64,000 nt of DNA, taken from contig UYFQ01000001.1 in assembly GCA_900617105.1 (NCBI GenBank), forward strand, positions 1,116,001-1,180,000, given 5' to 3'. A program made the position numbers and the translations under genes. This document shows, piece by piece, positions 44,307-54,777 of this stretch (positions within the stretch are counted from its first letter, which is position 1; each line of letters begins with the position of its first letter). The stretch is from Hydrurus foetidus (lineage: Eukaryota). The notes beneath the pieces were generated by a model. That model worked only from the letters and a program-made list of their open reading frames with translations, was not told where the DNA came from and made no database searches.

Positions 44307-47300
44307 TCAAGCCCCAAGTGCAACAGGGTGAAGCATGCTGGAACGCGGCACATAAATTGAAGGCCGCAAAATGGAGTGACTCAGCAGTACGATATCAAGT
44401 GGCTCAGGTTTATGCAAAAGAAAACCTTGACCATAGTCCACGCCCAGCACCTTTATACGCGCCAGCACATCGTCACGATCGACAAACTCAGCCACCGTTT
44501 TAACGCCTACAACTTTGGCCACATCAACGAAACAACGCACGGCAGCATCATCCAGAGGATCTTCAATCAAATCCTTGACAAACTGACCGTCAATTTTGAG
44601 GATATCTGTCTTCAAGCCTTTGAGGTAACCAAACGAAGAAGCGCCAGCACCAAAATCATCCAAAGAGATGCGAATGCCTAGCTTATGAACTTGTTCAATG
44701 AACAAGCTGGCATCCGCAAGGTTGGTGATGGCCGATGTCTCTGTAATCTCAAAACAAATCCGCGCACAAATCTCAGAACCCAGCGTGTTGAGAAGTTCAA
44801 CAGCTTGTCGATGGAATGTTCTGTCCCCAATAGATTGACCCGACAGGTTTATAGAGAGCGTGTTCACTACGTCAAGATCTGGCAGCGCCGCGAGCCAATC
44901 GGTCGCGTGGCGCAGCACCCATTTGTCTATGCGTGAAGCCAAGTGAAAGCGTTCTGCGGCAGGTAGAAAAAGGCCTGGCGGAATAATGCTGCCATCAGTG
45001 TCTACCATCCGCAAAAGCACTTCTGCATGCAGCCCGTTTTCAGACTCCTTGAGAGCGCATATTTTTTGAGCGTAAAGCACAAAACTATCGTCGTCCAAAG
45101 CACGTTCAATGCGTGTGGTCCACTGCATCTCACCATGGCGTGCGCTCATGGTCTCATCCGTGTCAAACCAGGTGTGCACCCGATTGCGCCCTTCCTCTTT
45201 GGCAGCGTAACACGATGTATCAGCCGCCTGCATGACGGCAGAGGCCGAAGCCCAGCGCTGATCCATAGAGACCAACCCGATGCTGGTGCCAATGCGAAAG
45301 CGACGTTCGTCATGCATAAACCGAAACTGCTCCATCTTGTCGCAAATCAGTTGAGCCACCCGCTGAGCCTGCTCAGCCGAGCAGTGATCCAGGAGGATGC
45401 CAAATTCGTCCCCACCTAAGCGTCCAACGGTGTCCCGCGAACGCACCGACTCACTCAATATCTTGCTGACCTGTTGGAGCAATTGATCACCCACTGAATG
45501 GCCACACGCGTCATTGACCAATTTAAATTGATCCAAGTCGATGAACATTAACGCGTGCGTGCTGTGCTCAATGCGGGCTTTTTGCAGCAAACGACTCAGC
45601 CTTATTTCAAACTCCGCCCGATTAACAAGACCTGTGAGCGCATCATGCGTAGCGCGGTAACTAACTTCGCCACTTAGGCGACGTTGCTCAGTTACGTCAT
45701 GAAAAACCAGTACCCCCCCCAATAGTTCACCTGTGTCACTTTTAATGGGAGCTGCCGAATCCTCAATACCAAACTCTGCTCCATTGCGCGAAATAAGCAG
45801 GGTTTGATTGGCCAAGCCAACAATTTTCCCCTGTTCAAGGCAAGTGGCAACGGGGTTCCCCGCGGGTAAGCGGGTTTCTTCATTAACGATGTGAAACACC
45901 TGCAGAAGTGACCTGCCACGCGCCTCTTCATTCATCCAGCCTGTCAGGCGTTCGGCAACAGGGTTCATCCATTCAATGCAACCCGACTTGTCCGTGGTGA
46001 TCACCGCATCGCCTATCGACTTAAGCGTGACGCGCAACAAGTTTTCCTGGGCCGCAAGTTCTGCCGTCAATTTGCGCATGGGGGTGATATCCCAATTCGC
46101 GCCCATCATTCTGAGGGCTTCGCCAGAAGCATTTCGTCGAACAACGGCTACAGAACGTATGTAGTGAATGCTGGAGTCGCTCCAGACAATACGAAACTCA
46201 AGGTCGAGTGCTTGAACGCCCTCAATAGCGTCCTTTATAGAGCGCTCGGCAGCATTGCGATCTTGGGTGTGTACATGTTGCAACCAGCGTTCGTAGGTGG
46301 CTGTATCCGTTTGTTCTGGAATTCCATACAACTGATACATCCGGGGATCCCAAACCAACTTGTGCGTCAGCAAATCCAAATCCCAAATACCAACGCCACC
46401 TGCATCGGTTGCCAGTGTGATTCGTTCATTAGCGACCTCAAGTGCATGTCTCTGAGCGGCAAAATCTGTAATATCCTGAATGGTGCCCAGCAAACGGACT
46501 GGCTTTCCGTCACTGAACTCGACTTGGCCAATCGCGTGCACCTTGATAAACCGTCCGCTGGCTTGAATAAAATCCAGTTCTAAATTCCAACCATGTCCAT
46601 CTGCTATGGCAAGCTCTATGGCTGCACTGATAACGGGTTGATCTTGCGCAGAGTAGTAACTGATGGCATCCGAAAAGACGGGGTTGTGACCCGGTTCAAG
46701 ACCATAAATCCGACATGTTTGATCTGACCAAGTGAGATTCCTACTGGCGACATCGAGCGCCCATCCACCAACAGTTGCGACCTCGCCGGTGCGATTGAGC
46801 AACAATTGGCTTTTAATCAGTTTTTCACTTTGCGCTACGCGATCTGTGATGTCTTCAACGGTTCCAACGCGTCCCACCACATTACCATGTTCATTGTGCA
46901 GCGCCCGTGCCAGCGACAACACATGCCGCACACAGCCGTCTCTTCGCATTACCCTGAACTGCATTTCAAAGTTTATGCCCTTTTCCAATGCATGTTTCTT
47001 TGCGTCAATTACAGCCAATCGATCATCAGGGTGAAGCGTTTGGCTCCATTCAGACCCTAGGCTTTCGGCTGCTGACAATCCAAATATAGCTTGCCAACGG
47101 TCATTGGTATATGTGTGTGCACCGGTCGAATCGGCTGCAAAAACGCCTAATGGCGACGATTCGCTCAAAACCTCAAATTTAGTCTGGTTGTGAAGTGCTT
47201 GTGCGGAGATACGGCGACTCTCCAAAAGTTTGACTGCCGTAGCGCCCAAATGGACCAGGATTTCGCGCTGTACGGCATTGAGTTTTTTCGGGGCACGGTC

Positions 47301-47699
47301 AATGACACACAGGGCTCCCGCATGGGTTCCGTCGTTCAACTTTAATGTAACCCCCGCGTAAAAACGGATATGGGGATCTTCCCTTACGTAAGGATTATCG
47401 AAAAATCTTGGGTCAATGTCCGCATCGTTAATCTCAAAGATGCCCTGCTTGTGAATGGCATGGGCGCAAAAAGCGAAGTCCCGCGGTGTTTCCGTGATTC
47501 CTTGCATACCCACGTTAGCCTTGAACCACTGGCGATCTTCATCCACTAAGCTTATCAATGCGATGGGTACGTCGCAGACGAGCGAAGCGATTTTGACCAA
47601 TCCATCCAACTCCGGTTCGGGCTGTGTATCAAGAATATCGAGGTCGCGCAGTGATTGCAGACGTCGTTGTTCATTGATGGGAATAGAGGCTGCGGTCAT
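44307..47699 (-). CDS. GAF-multi-PAS-GGDEF-EAL c-di-GMP enzyme
   Basis: N-terminal GAF (FCAHAI, RFYAG), several PAS domains, RLGGDEF, EVLLR, FEITET, LDDFG. Confidence 0.93.
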   Translation of the reverse strand: MTAASIPINEQRRLQSLRDLDILDTQPEPELDGLVKIASLVCDVPIALISLVDEDRQWFKANVGMQGITETPRDFAFCAHAIHKQGIFEINDADIDPRFFDNPYVREDPHIRFYAGVTLKLNDGTHAGALCVIDRAPKKLNAVQREILVHLGATAVKLLESRRISAQALHNQTKFEVLSESSPLGVFAADSTGAHTYTNDRWQAIFGLSAAESLGSEWSQTLHPDDRLAVIDAKKHALEKGINFEMQFRVMRRDGCVRHVLSLARALHNEHGNVVGRVGTVEDITDRVAQSEKLIKSQLLLNRTGEVATVGGWALDVASRNLTWSDQTCRIYGLEPGHNPVFSDAISYYSAQDQPVISAAIELAIADGHGWNLELDFIQASGRFIKVHAIGQVEFSDGKPVRLLGTIQDITDFAAQRHALEVANERITLATDAGGVGIWDLDLLTHKLVWDPRMYQLYGIPEQTDTATYERWLQHVHTQDRNAAERSIKDAIEGVQALDLEFRIVWSDSSIHYIRSVAVVRRNASGEALRMMGANWDITPMRKLTAELAAQENLLRVTLKSIGDAVITTDKSGCIEWMNPVAERLTGWMNEEARGRSLLQVFHIVNEETRLPAGNPVATCLEQGKIVGLANQTLLISRNGAEFGIEDSAAPIKSDTGELLGGVLVFHDVTEQRRLSGEVSYRATHDALTGLVNRAEFEIRLSRLLQKARIEHSTHALMFIDLDQFKLVNDACGHSVGDQLLQQVSKILSESVRSRDTVGRLGGDEFGILLDHCSAEQAQRVAQLICDKMEQFRFMHDERRFRIGTSIGLVSMDQRWASASAVMQAADTSCYAAKEEGRNRVHTWFDTDETMSARHGEMQWTTRIERALDDDSFVLYAQKICALKESENGLHAEVLLRMVDTDGSIIPPGLFLPAAERFHLASRIDKWVLRHATDWLAALPDLDVVNTLSINLSGQSIGDRTFHRQAVELLNTLGSEICARICFEITETSAITNLADASLFIEQVHKLGIRISLDDFGAGASSFGYLKGLKTDILKIDGQFVKDLIEDPLDDAAVRCFVDVAKVVGVKTVAEFVDRDDVLARIKVLGVDYGQGFLLHKPEPLDIVLLSHSILRPSIYVPRSSMLHPVALGA

Positions 47700-48210
47700 G
47701 TTTCTGTTCCTTGCTTTTTATAAATCACTCAATCTGCGACAGAAAATTTTTCTAAATTACTGATTCAGGCAAATGAAATTTAAATCTCATTTTACCCTTA
47801 TCGTATTAATTCTATTTAGAAAACTTAGGGTGAAGCATTCAGATATTGTTAGACTGACTCAATATCTGCGTGACATTGGTTAGCGTTTAAAGAACAAAAG
47901 TTTCATGGTAAAAAGATAAATAGATGATTTTTCAATGAAAAATTACTCAGAGCAAGATTTACTGTAAATCACGAGCCCAACCTGAGCATTGGCAGTGCGT
48001 ACAGAATCACAGGTCATTCAATCACATGGGGGAAAGCATGCAGACAGAGTGGTTATTTAAAATACCTCTGTCCTCTGCAGCTTGAGGGGGCGTAGCCGCT
48101 CAAAGTGCTTGAACTGATGGTTGCGCAGCGCCGTAAAATAAGGCCATGAACATTGAACATTCCAACGCTTTTGCCAAAGCAGAAATGCAGCGTTTTACGC
48201 TGATGACACT

Positions 48211-48903
48211 GTGGCACTGAACGGTCTTTTTTTAAGCTTTGAAGGCATAGACGGTGCGGGTAAATCCAGCCATATCGACGCCTTGGCCAAAGCCTTCACC
48301 GAACAGGGCAGGGCGGTTACGCTGACACGCGAGCCTGGTGGTACGCCCTTGGCGGAAAAACTCCGCGCTATGGTGCTGAACGACGCAATGGACCCGCTCA
48401 CCGAAGCCCTGCTGATCTTCGCTGCCCGGCGAGACCATCTCACCCACGTCATAGAGCCCGCCTTGGCCCGTGGTGACGTGGTGCTGTGTGACCGTTTCAC
48501 CGATGCCAGCTTTGCTTACCAAGGCTTTGGTCGCGGGTTTGACTTGAACGTGCTATCAACTTTAGAGCGATGGGTGCAGGCCAGTCATGTCGTAATGGCT
48601 GATTCAGCGCAAGATTCGCCCCCCATAGCGCTGCGTCAACCGCATCTCACGCTGTGGTTTGACTTAGCGCCAGAAATCGCCGCTGCCCGCCTCGTCGATG
48701 CCCGCGTGCCTGACAAGTTTGAATCCCAACCGCTGGCATTCTTCCAAAAAGTGGTGGCAGGCTACGCGGCCCGAGCAGCGGCTGACCCCCAGCGCTTCGC
48801 CCGCATCGACGCGGCCGCCGCCCGCCACGCAGTCTGGCAACAGATCACCCGCGTGCTGATTCAAAAAGGCTGGTTGTCCTTCATGGTGGCGGCGCGGCCA
48901 TGA
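48211..48903 (+). CDS. tmk: Thymidylate kinase
   Basis: [26 protein letters not shown]. Confidence 0.96.
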   Translation: MALNGLFLSFEGIDGAGKSSHIDALAKAFTEQGRAVTLTREPGGTPLAEKLRAMVLNDAMDPLTEALLIFAARRDHLTHVIEPALARGDVVLCDRFTDASFAYQGFGRGFDLNVLSTLERWVQASHVVMADSAQDSPPIALRQPHLTLWFDLAPEIAAARLVDARVPDKFESQPLAFFQKVVAGYAARAAADPQRFARIDAAAARHAVWQQITRVLIQKGWLSFMVAARP

Positions 48904-49937
48904 GCGGTACATCGGCCCCCGTTCCGCCGTCGGCCGCTGCGCTGGCACCCTGGCTGCAAACCCAGCAAACTGCGTTGCTGCGCCAGCGCGGCCATGCGTG
49001 GCTGCTGCACGGACCGTCCGGCTTGGGGCAGTACGCCCTGGGTTTGGCTTTGGTGCGTGCTTGGCTGTGCGACAAACCCACCGAAAACGGGGCGTGCGGG
49101 CTGTGCAACAGCTGCCACGCTATCGACGTGCGCACCCATGCGGATTTGTGCGTGCTGATGCCCGAGACTGCGATGCTCGAATTTGGCTGGCCCTTGTCTG
49201 AAAAAGCACAGGCCGACATCGACGACAAAAAGCGCAAACCCAGCAAAGAAATCCGCGTTGAAGCCATGCGCGACGCGGTGGTTTTTTCGCAGCGCACCAG
49301 CGCCAGGGGCCGGGGCAAAGCCGTGCTGGTCTACCCGGCTGAGCAGATGAACACCATCACCGCCAATGCGCTGCTGAAAACACTGGAAGAACCACCGGGC
49401 GATGTGAAATTCGTGCTGGCCTGCGAAGCCGCGCACCAGCTGCTGCCCACCATCCGCAGCCGCTGCCTGGGTCACGCGATGGTCTGGCCCGATAACGCCG
49501 CCGCGCTGGCGTGGTTGGTGGCGCAGGGCTTGAGCGCCGCTGATGCCGCTGTGTGGCTGCGGGCTTGTGGTGGACGGCCCGATGACGCTTTGCAGTTCGC
49601 CAACACCGGGGCCACAGCCGCCAGTTGGTCGGAGCTGCCACGCGCTGTGGGCCGGGGCGACATGTCCAAGCTCGATGGGCTTTCCATGCCCCAAGTGCTG
49701 GAAACCCTGCAAAAAATTTGCCACGACGCGATGGCCTTCAAAGTCGGGGCGCAACCCCGATTTTTTGATCCCCAGGTGCTGAAAGACCTGCGCTCAGCGG
49801 CCGATTTACCCACCCTGAGCGCCTGGAGTAAAACCCTGGCCACCGCCACCCGCACCGCTGAGCACCCGTTCAACGCGGGTTTGATGCTAGAAGCTTTGGG
49901 TAGCCGTGCCCGCGCTGCACTGAAAACATCCTCATAA
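48900..49937 (+). CDS. holB: DNA polymerase III delta' subunit
   Basis: [27 protein letters not shown]; follows tmk. Confidence 0.95.
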   Translation: MSGTSAPVPPSAAALAPWLQTQQTALLRQRGHAWLLHGPSGLGQYALGLALVRAWLCDKPTENGACGLCNSCHAIDVRTHADLCVLMPETAMLEFGWPLSEKAQADIDDKKRKPSKEIRVEAMRDAVVFSQRTSARGRGKAVLVYPAEQMNTITANALLKTLEEPPGDVKFVLACEAAHQLLPTIRSRCLGHAMVWPDNAAALAWLVAQGLSAADAAVWLRACGGRPDDALQFANTGATAASWSELPRAVGRGDMSKLDGLSMPQVLETLQKICHDAMAFKVGAQPRFFDPQVLKDLRSAADLPTLSAWSKTLATATRTAEHPFNAGLMLEALGSRARAALKTSS

Positions 49938-49945
49938 TCAGCACC

Positions 49946-50326
49946 ATGAGCACAGCACCCACAGCACCTATACCGATGGCGACCTCGCCGCGCCCCAGCG
50001 TTATTCAGTTAGCGATCAAAGAAAAAGCGGCGCTGTACGCGGCCTATATCCCACACTTTACCGAGGGTGGCATCTTCATTCCCTCCACCAAAGACTACAA
50101 GCTGGGAGACGACATTTACCTGCTGCTTTCCCTGCCTGGTGAACCTCAGCGCTACCCGGTGGCGGGCAAAGTGGCCTGGGTTACGCCTGAGCGGGCCTCG
50201 AACAACCGTACCCAAGGCGTGGGCGTGCACTTCCCTGCTGATGACAAATCGCGACAACTCAAACAGCGTATAGAAGAAATTTTGGGGGCGCATTTGGCCT
50301 CTGAGCGTCCCACACAAACCATTTAA
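49946..50326 (+). CDS. pilZ: Type IV pilus assembly PilZ
   Basis: KEKAALYAAY, GGIFIP, GKVAWVTP; holB-pilZ-tatD synteny. Confidence 0.92.
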   Translation: MSTAPTAPIPMATSPRPSVIQLAIKEKAALYAAYIPHFTEGGIFIPSTKDYKLGDDIYLLLSLPGEPQRYPVAGKVAWVTPERASNNRTQGVGVHFPADDKSRQLKQRIEEILGAHLASERPTQTI

Positions 50327-50371
50327 GTCATTTGAACCCTTTGACGATTGCCACTTGAAACGATTGAGCGC

Positions 50372-51205
50372 ATGTACGTTGATTCCCACTGCCACCTGAG
50401 CTTCCCCGGTCTCTTTGAGCAACTCCCCGCCATCCGCTTGGCGATGGCTGAGGCGCAGGTTGACCGCGCCCTGTGCATTTGCACCACCCTGGAAGAGTTT
50501 GATGACGTGCATGGCTTGGCGCTGGCACATGACAACTTCTTTGCCACCGTTGGTGTCCACCCCGACAACGAAGCCAGCGACACCCTGCGCGAACCCACCT
50601 TGGACGATTTGCTGCAACGTGCGCAATCCCCCAAAGTGGTGGGCATCGGTGAAACAGGTCTGGACTATTTCCGACTGAATGGCCGTACCGTGGCTGACAT
50701 GGCATGGCAGCGCGAGCGCTTTCGCACCCACATCCGCGCGGCCCAGCAGACCACCAAACCCCTCATCATCCACACCCGCAGCGCATCTGACGACACCATC
50801 GCCTTGCTGCGTGAGATGGGCGAAGACGGCACAGGTGTGGCGGCAGGCGGCGTGTTTCACTGCTTTACCGAAACCGAAGCCGTGGCCCGTGCGGCGCTTG
50901 ATTTGGGTTTTTACATCTCGTTCTCAGGCATCTTGACCTTCAAAACCGCTCAAGACTTGCGCGATGTGGCCCGCTTTGTGCCGCTAGACCGCATGCTGAT
51001 CGAAACCGACAGCCCCTACCTCGCTCCCATGCCGCACCGGGGCAAGACCAACAACCCCTCTTATGTGCCGTTCGTGGCCAAACTGCTGGCCGAGTTACGC
51101 GGCTTGCCCGTGGAAGACATCGCCCACATCACCACCCGCAACTTTGAGACGCTGTTTAAAAACGTCACCCTCGCGCAAACGGCGCTGACGGAGGAGGCCG
51201 TATGA
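50372..51205 (+). CDS. tatD: TatD family DNase (YcfH-like)
   Basis: DSHCH, GVHP, GETGLDY, HCFT, ETDSPYLAP. Confidence 0.93.
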   Translation: MYVDSHCHLSFPGLFEQLPAIRLAMAEAQVDRALCICTTLEEFDDVHGLALAHDNFFATVGVHPDNEASDTLREPTLDDLLQRAQSPKVVGIGETGLDYFRLNGRTVADMAWQRERFRTHIRAAQQTTKPLIIHTRSASDDTIALLREMGEDGTGVAAGGVFHCFTETEAVARAALDLGFYISFSGILTFKTAQDLRDVARFVPLDRMLIETDSPYLAPMPHRGKTNNPSYVPFVAKLLAELRGLPVEDIAHITTRNFETLFKNVTLAQTALTEEAV

Positions 51206-51873
51206 AGTTTGCTTCAACAGTTTTTCGCCTGTTTGCTACGCTTTCAATAGCTGCAATCACCGCATCTACGGCTTATGCAGGCTCCTACGACGATTTTTTC
51301 TCAGCCATTCGGCGCGACGACAGCCCCGCCCTGCAAGCCCTGCTGCAACGCGGCTTCGATCCCAACACCAAAGACCCCCAAGGCCAGCCCGGCCTGTTGA
51401 TCGCTGCGATGACACCCGCCTGGAAAGCCGCGCAGGTGCTGGCCTTGGCCCCCAAAATTGAAGCTGAAGCCCGCAACAAAAGCGACGAAAGCCCCTTGAT
51501 GCTGGCCGCGCTGCACAACCAACTCGACTTGGCCAAAGCACTGATCGACAAAGATGCCGATGTCAACAAAACCGGCTGGGCACCGCTGCACTACGCCGCC
51601 AGCAAAGGCCACATCGAGATGATGAACTTGCTGCTGGAAAACGATGCCTACATCGACGCCGAATCCCCCAACCAAACCACCCCGCTGATGATGGCTGCCA
51701 TGTACGGTACGGTAGGCGCGGTCAAAACCCTGCTGGAGGCCGGTGCCGACCCCACCCTCAAAAACGAGCAAGGCCTGACCGCCATCGACTTTGCCCAACG
51801 TGTCAGCCGCGCAGAGGCCGCGAGCATCATCGCCGCCTTCATTCGCGCGCGGCAACCCCAAGGAAAATGGTAG
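51202..51873 (+). CDS. Exported ankyrin-repeat protein
   Basis: SPLMLAA, GWAPLHYAA, TPLMMAA; signal peptide. Confidence 0.92.
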   Translation: MKFASTVFRLFATLSIAAITASTAYAGSYDDFFSAIRRDDSPALQALLQRGFDPNTKDPQGQPGLLIAAMTPAWKAAQVLALAPKIEAEARNKSDESPLMLAALHNQLDLAKALIDKDADVNKTGWAPLHYAASKGHIEMMNLLLENDAYIDAESPNQTTPLMMAAMYGTVGAVKTLLEAGADPTLKNEQGLTAIDFAQRVSRAEAASIIAAFIRARQPQGKW

Positions 51874-51984
51874 ATGTACTTGCCCCCGCAATTCAAAGCC
51901 AAAGACAGCCTGCTTAAAAAGCTGATTGGCGACCACGAGCCACCTTACGCCCAGCAATGGCGCGATCTCGGGTATGCACGATAA
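51874..51984 (+). pseudogene. Collapsed remnant of an FMN-binding PaiB-like gene
   Basis: 36-aa ORF MYLPPQFKAKD-SLLKKLIGDHEPPYAQQWRDL joins a PaiB-like N-terminus to what resembles an internal helix. Confidence 0.6.
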
Positions 51985-52014
51985 GCTACGGTATTCATAG
52001 CAAACTCCCACCCC

Positions 52015-53070
52015 ATGCCTGCCTTAAGCGACCTGCAAGCCATGCGCCACGCCTTGGTGCAAGCCCAAACAGCTGGCGCCGCAGGTGAAGTGCCCGTAGG
52101 CGCGGTGGTGGTCAAAAATGGCGAGATCATCGCCGTCGCCTGCAACGCCCCCATCGCACTGAACGACCCCTGCGCCCACGCTGAAATCCTCGCTTTGCGG
52201 GCCGCAGCCCAGGCCTTGGGCAACTACCGGCTGGACGGCTGCGAACTCTTCGTCACCTTGGAGCCCTGCGCCATGTGCAGCGGCGCGATCCTGCAAGCTC
52301 GGCTCAAACGGGTGGTTTTTGGGGCCACAGAACCCAAAACCGGAGCCGCAGGATCGGTACTGAACCTGTTTGCGCTACCTCAACTGAACCACCACACCCA
52401 AGTCACTGGCGGCGTGCTGGCCGAAGAAAGCGCCGCCTTGCTGGCCGAGTTTTTTCAGCACAAACGCCAACACATCCGCCTAGAGCAGCTCAAGAACCAC
52501 CCCTTGCGCGACGACGCACTGCGCACGCCAGAGGCCCGCTTTGCCCCGCTGCCAGCCTGCCCCTGGCCCTCTAACTATCTCAGCGATTTGCCCGCTCTGA
52601 ACGGTTGGCGGCTGCACTACCTTGATGTTTTCAGCGACGCTCCCACGAAACAAGAGGTCTACCTGTGCCTCCACAACAGCAGCACCTGGGGATACCGCTT
52701 TCACCCCGTGATTCCCACCTTGCTGGCAGCCGGAGGGAGGGTGGTTGTGCCCGATTTGATCGGCTTTGGCCAAAGTGATAAACCCAAAAAAACCAGCGTC
52801 CACAGCCTGGAATGGCACTGTCAAGTGCTGTTGGCACTGATGCAGAGGCTGGGTATGCAGCCGCCTGTGTTGGTGGTGCAAGCTGGGCAAGAGGAGCTTG
52901 GGCGCGCTGTGCATCGGACCATGCCTGAGCACTTTCAAAGTCTTCTCGTTATGCCGGCAAGGCCGCAAACACCCGATGAACAGGCGCAAGATGCCGCCGC
53001 CCGCGCAGCACCTTTTCCCGATGCGGGCCACCGCGCTGCGCCGCGCGCTTTTGCCGCACTGTGCCTCTGA
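52015..53070 (+). CDS. tadA: tRNA adenosine(34) deaminase fused to a degenerate haloalkane-dehalogenase-like domain
   Basis: GEVPVGAV, HAE, TLEPCAMC; then LRTPEARF...LHYLD...PDLIGFGQSDKP. Confidence 0.9.
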   Translation: MPALSDLQAMRHALVQAQTAGAAGEVPVGAVVVKNGEIIAVACNAPIALNDPCAHAEILALRAAAQALGNYRLDGCELFVTLEPCAMCSGAILQARLKRVVFGATEPKTGAAGSVLNLFALPQLNHHTQVTGGVLAEESAALLAEFFQHKRQHIRLEQLKNHPLRDDALRTPEARFAPLPACPWPSNYLSDLPALNGWRLHYLDVFSDAPTKQEVYLCLHNSSTWGYRFHPVIPTLLAAGGRVVVPDLIGFGQSDKPKKTSVHSLEWHCQVLLALMQRLGMQPPVLVVQAGQEELGRAVHRTMPEHFQSLLVMPARPQTPDEQAQDAAARAAPFPDAGHRAAPRAFAALCL

Positions 53071-53091
53071 AGCAGTGCGATACTTGCCCGC

Positions 53092-54177
53092 GTGAAAAAG
53101 CATATCTACATCTACTCGTCCTCGGGCGCTGTGCGCGACAAAGCTGCCTTTAAACGTGGTGTCGCACGTCTTCAATCTCTGGGCCACGAGGTCGAAATCG
53201 ACAGCGCAGCACTCAGCTCGCACCTGCGTTTCGCGGGCGACGATGCCACCCGTGTGGCGTCCATCGCCAGAGCTTCTGCCAGCGGCGCCCATGTCGCGCT
53301 GATCTCACGCGGCGGCTATGGCCTCACCCGCATCCTGCCGCATATCCCGTATGCCGAAGTCGCCAAAGCGATCAGCAAAGGCACCCAGTTTGTCGGGCAC
53401 AGTGATTTCACCGCCTTTCAACATGCCGTGTTCGCCCAAACAGGTGCCCAAACCTGGGCTGGCCCGGCTTTGGTTCCCGATTTCGGCTGCGAAGAAGCGC
53501 CAGACGACATCATGCAAGATTGTTTTGATGACCTGTTGAGCGGCCAGGGCGAAGGCAGCGGCTGGCGCTTGCCCGCTGTGCGCCGGTCACTCAAAACCCC
53601 GCTTGATAAGGCCGCCCATAGCACCGCCAACATCACCGCACCGGCTTTGCCATTGCGTGAACCCCTCACCGAACTGTCCACCTCGGGCGTGCTGTGGGGC
53701 GGCAACTTGGCGGTGTTGGTGTCATTGCTAGGCACACCTTATTTCCCGGCCATCAAGGGTGGTATTTTGTTCTTTGAAGACGTGGCGGAATACCCCTGGC
53801 GCATCGAGCGGATGCTGACGCAGCTGCTGCACGCGGGTGTATTAGCCGCACAAAACGCCATCGTGTTCGGCCAATTCACCAACTACACGGCCACGTCTCA
53901 CGACAAAGGTTTCAAACTGCAAACTGTGGTGGACTGGCTGGGCCATCAAATCAACGTGCCGATTTTGATGGGCCTGCCGTTTGGCCATGTGCCGACCAAG
54001 GTGTTGCTGCCCGTGGGTGCGCAAGTCGCGCTGGAAGTCGATGGCCGCGATGCGTTTGTGCTGTGGGGGCATCAACACGGCCATAGCCATGAGCCTCATG
54101 ATGAACACGCTCATCATGCGCATGACGAGCATGGGCACTGCATACCCAGCGTTCAAGAGAAGACTGTCAACGCTTAG
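53092..54177 (+). CDS. ldcA: LD-carboxypeptidase (S66 family)
   Basis: RGGYG, GHSDFT, GGNL, FEDV.E, PFGH. Confidence 0.9.
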   Translation: MKKHIYIYSSSGAVRDKAAFKRGVARLQSLGHEVEIDSAALSSHLRFAGDDATRVASIARASASGAHVALISRGGYGLTRILPHIPYAEVAKAISKGTQFVGHSDFTAFQHAVFAQTGAQTWAGPALVPDFGCEEAPDDIMQDCFDDLLSGQGEGSGWRLPAVRRSLKTPLDKAAHSTANITAPALPLREPLTELSTSGVLWGGNLAVLVSLLGTPYFPAIKGGILFFEDVAEYPWRIERMLTQLLHAGVLAAQNAIVFGQFTNYTATSHDKGFKLQTVVDWLGHQINVPILMGLPFGHVPTKVLLPVGAQVALEVDGRDAFVLWGHQHGHSHEPHDEHAHHAHDEHGHCIPSVQEKTVNA

Positions 54178-54532
54178 GCCGAGTTGACTGCGCCAGCCGA
54201 GAGGTCAAGCTCTCAGGCAGCATCCCGTGGAACATCGCGCTGACTTCCTGCATCGCTTTGCGTGCGCGCGGTTCACCGTACATATCGGCCAATGCGGCCA
54301 TGAGTTCACTGCGGCAATACCAAAGGCCGTGGATATCACTGGCAAAAACCACTTTGCGGTGAACCTCAGGATGGGCTTCACGGCCCACGTCACCCAAGCG
54401 CTCCAACATCGCCTCACGCACCCGTAGCGTCTGCGCCTCGGAGTCTGGCGGCGGTGCAGCGGGCGCTGCCGGTACGTGATTTCCCAGCAGGTTGTAGATA
54501 CTGGTTCTGAGGCTTGCTTTAGTCCAGCGCAT
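54167..54532 (-). CDS. Hypothetical protein
   Basis: 121-aa ORF with host-like codon use (LWYCRSELMAAL); no family recognised. Confidence 0.6.
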   Translation of the reverse strand: MRWTKASLRTSIYNLLGNHVPAAPAAPPPDSEAQTLRVREAMLERLGDVGREAHPEVHRKVVFASDIHGLWYCRSELMAALADMYGEPRARKAMQEVSAMFHGMLPESLTSRLAQSTRPKR

Positions 54533-54777
54533 AGTTTTTTACGTGAGGTAGATACATTTTGTAATGGACTGTACCTTAAACGAAATTTCAGTTGATGGGC
54601 AAGTTTTGCATGCAATTTTTTAAAAAAATATCAATCAAATCAATCGTTTGTAATGCTATTGCAAACTCATTTCTATCTTCTTCTACCTTGAATTCCCCCT
54701 CCTTCAAAGGAAAAAATTTCAACTGAGGCAAACGATCCAATGCATTAACATCAGTTTACAAATAAGACAACAACCCA

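Noticed and set aside
48146..48220. 24-aa [27 protein letters not shown] overlapping the tmk start
   Set aside because: No clear RBS or homology, and I could not tie it to mltG or a leader peptide.
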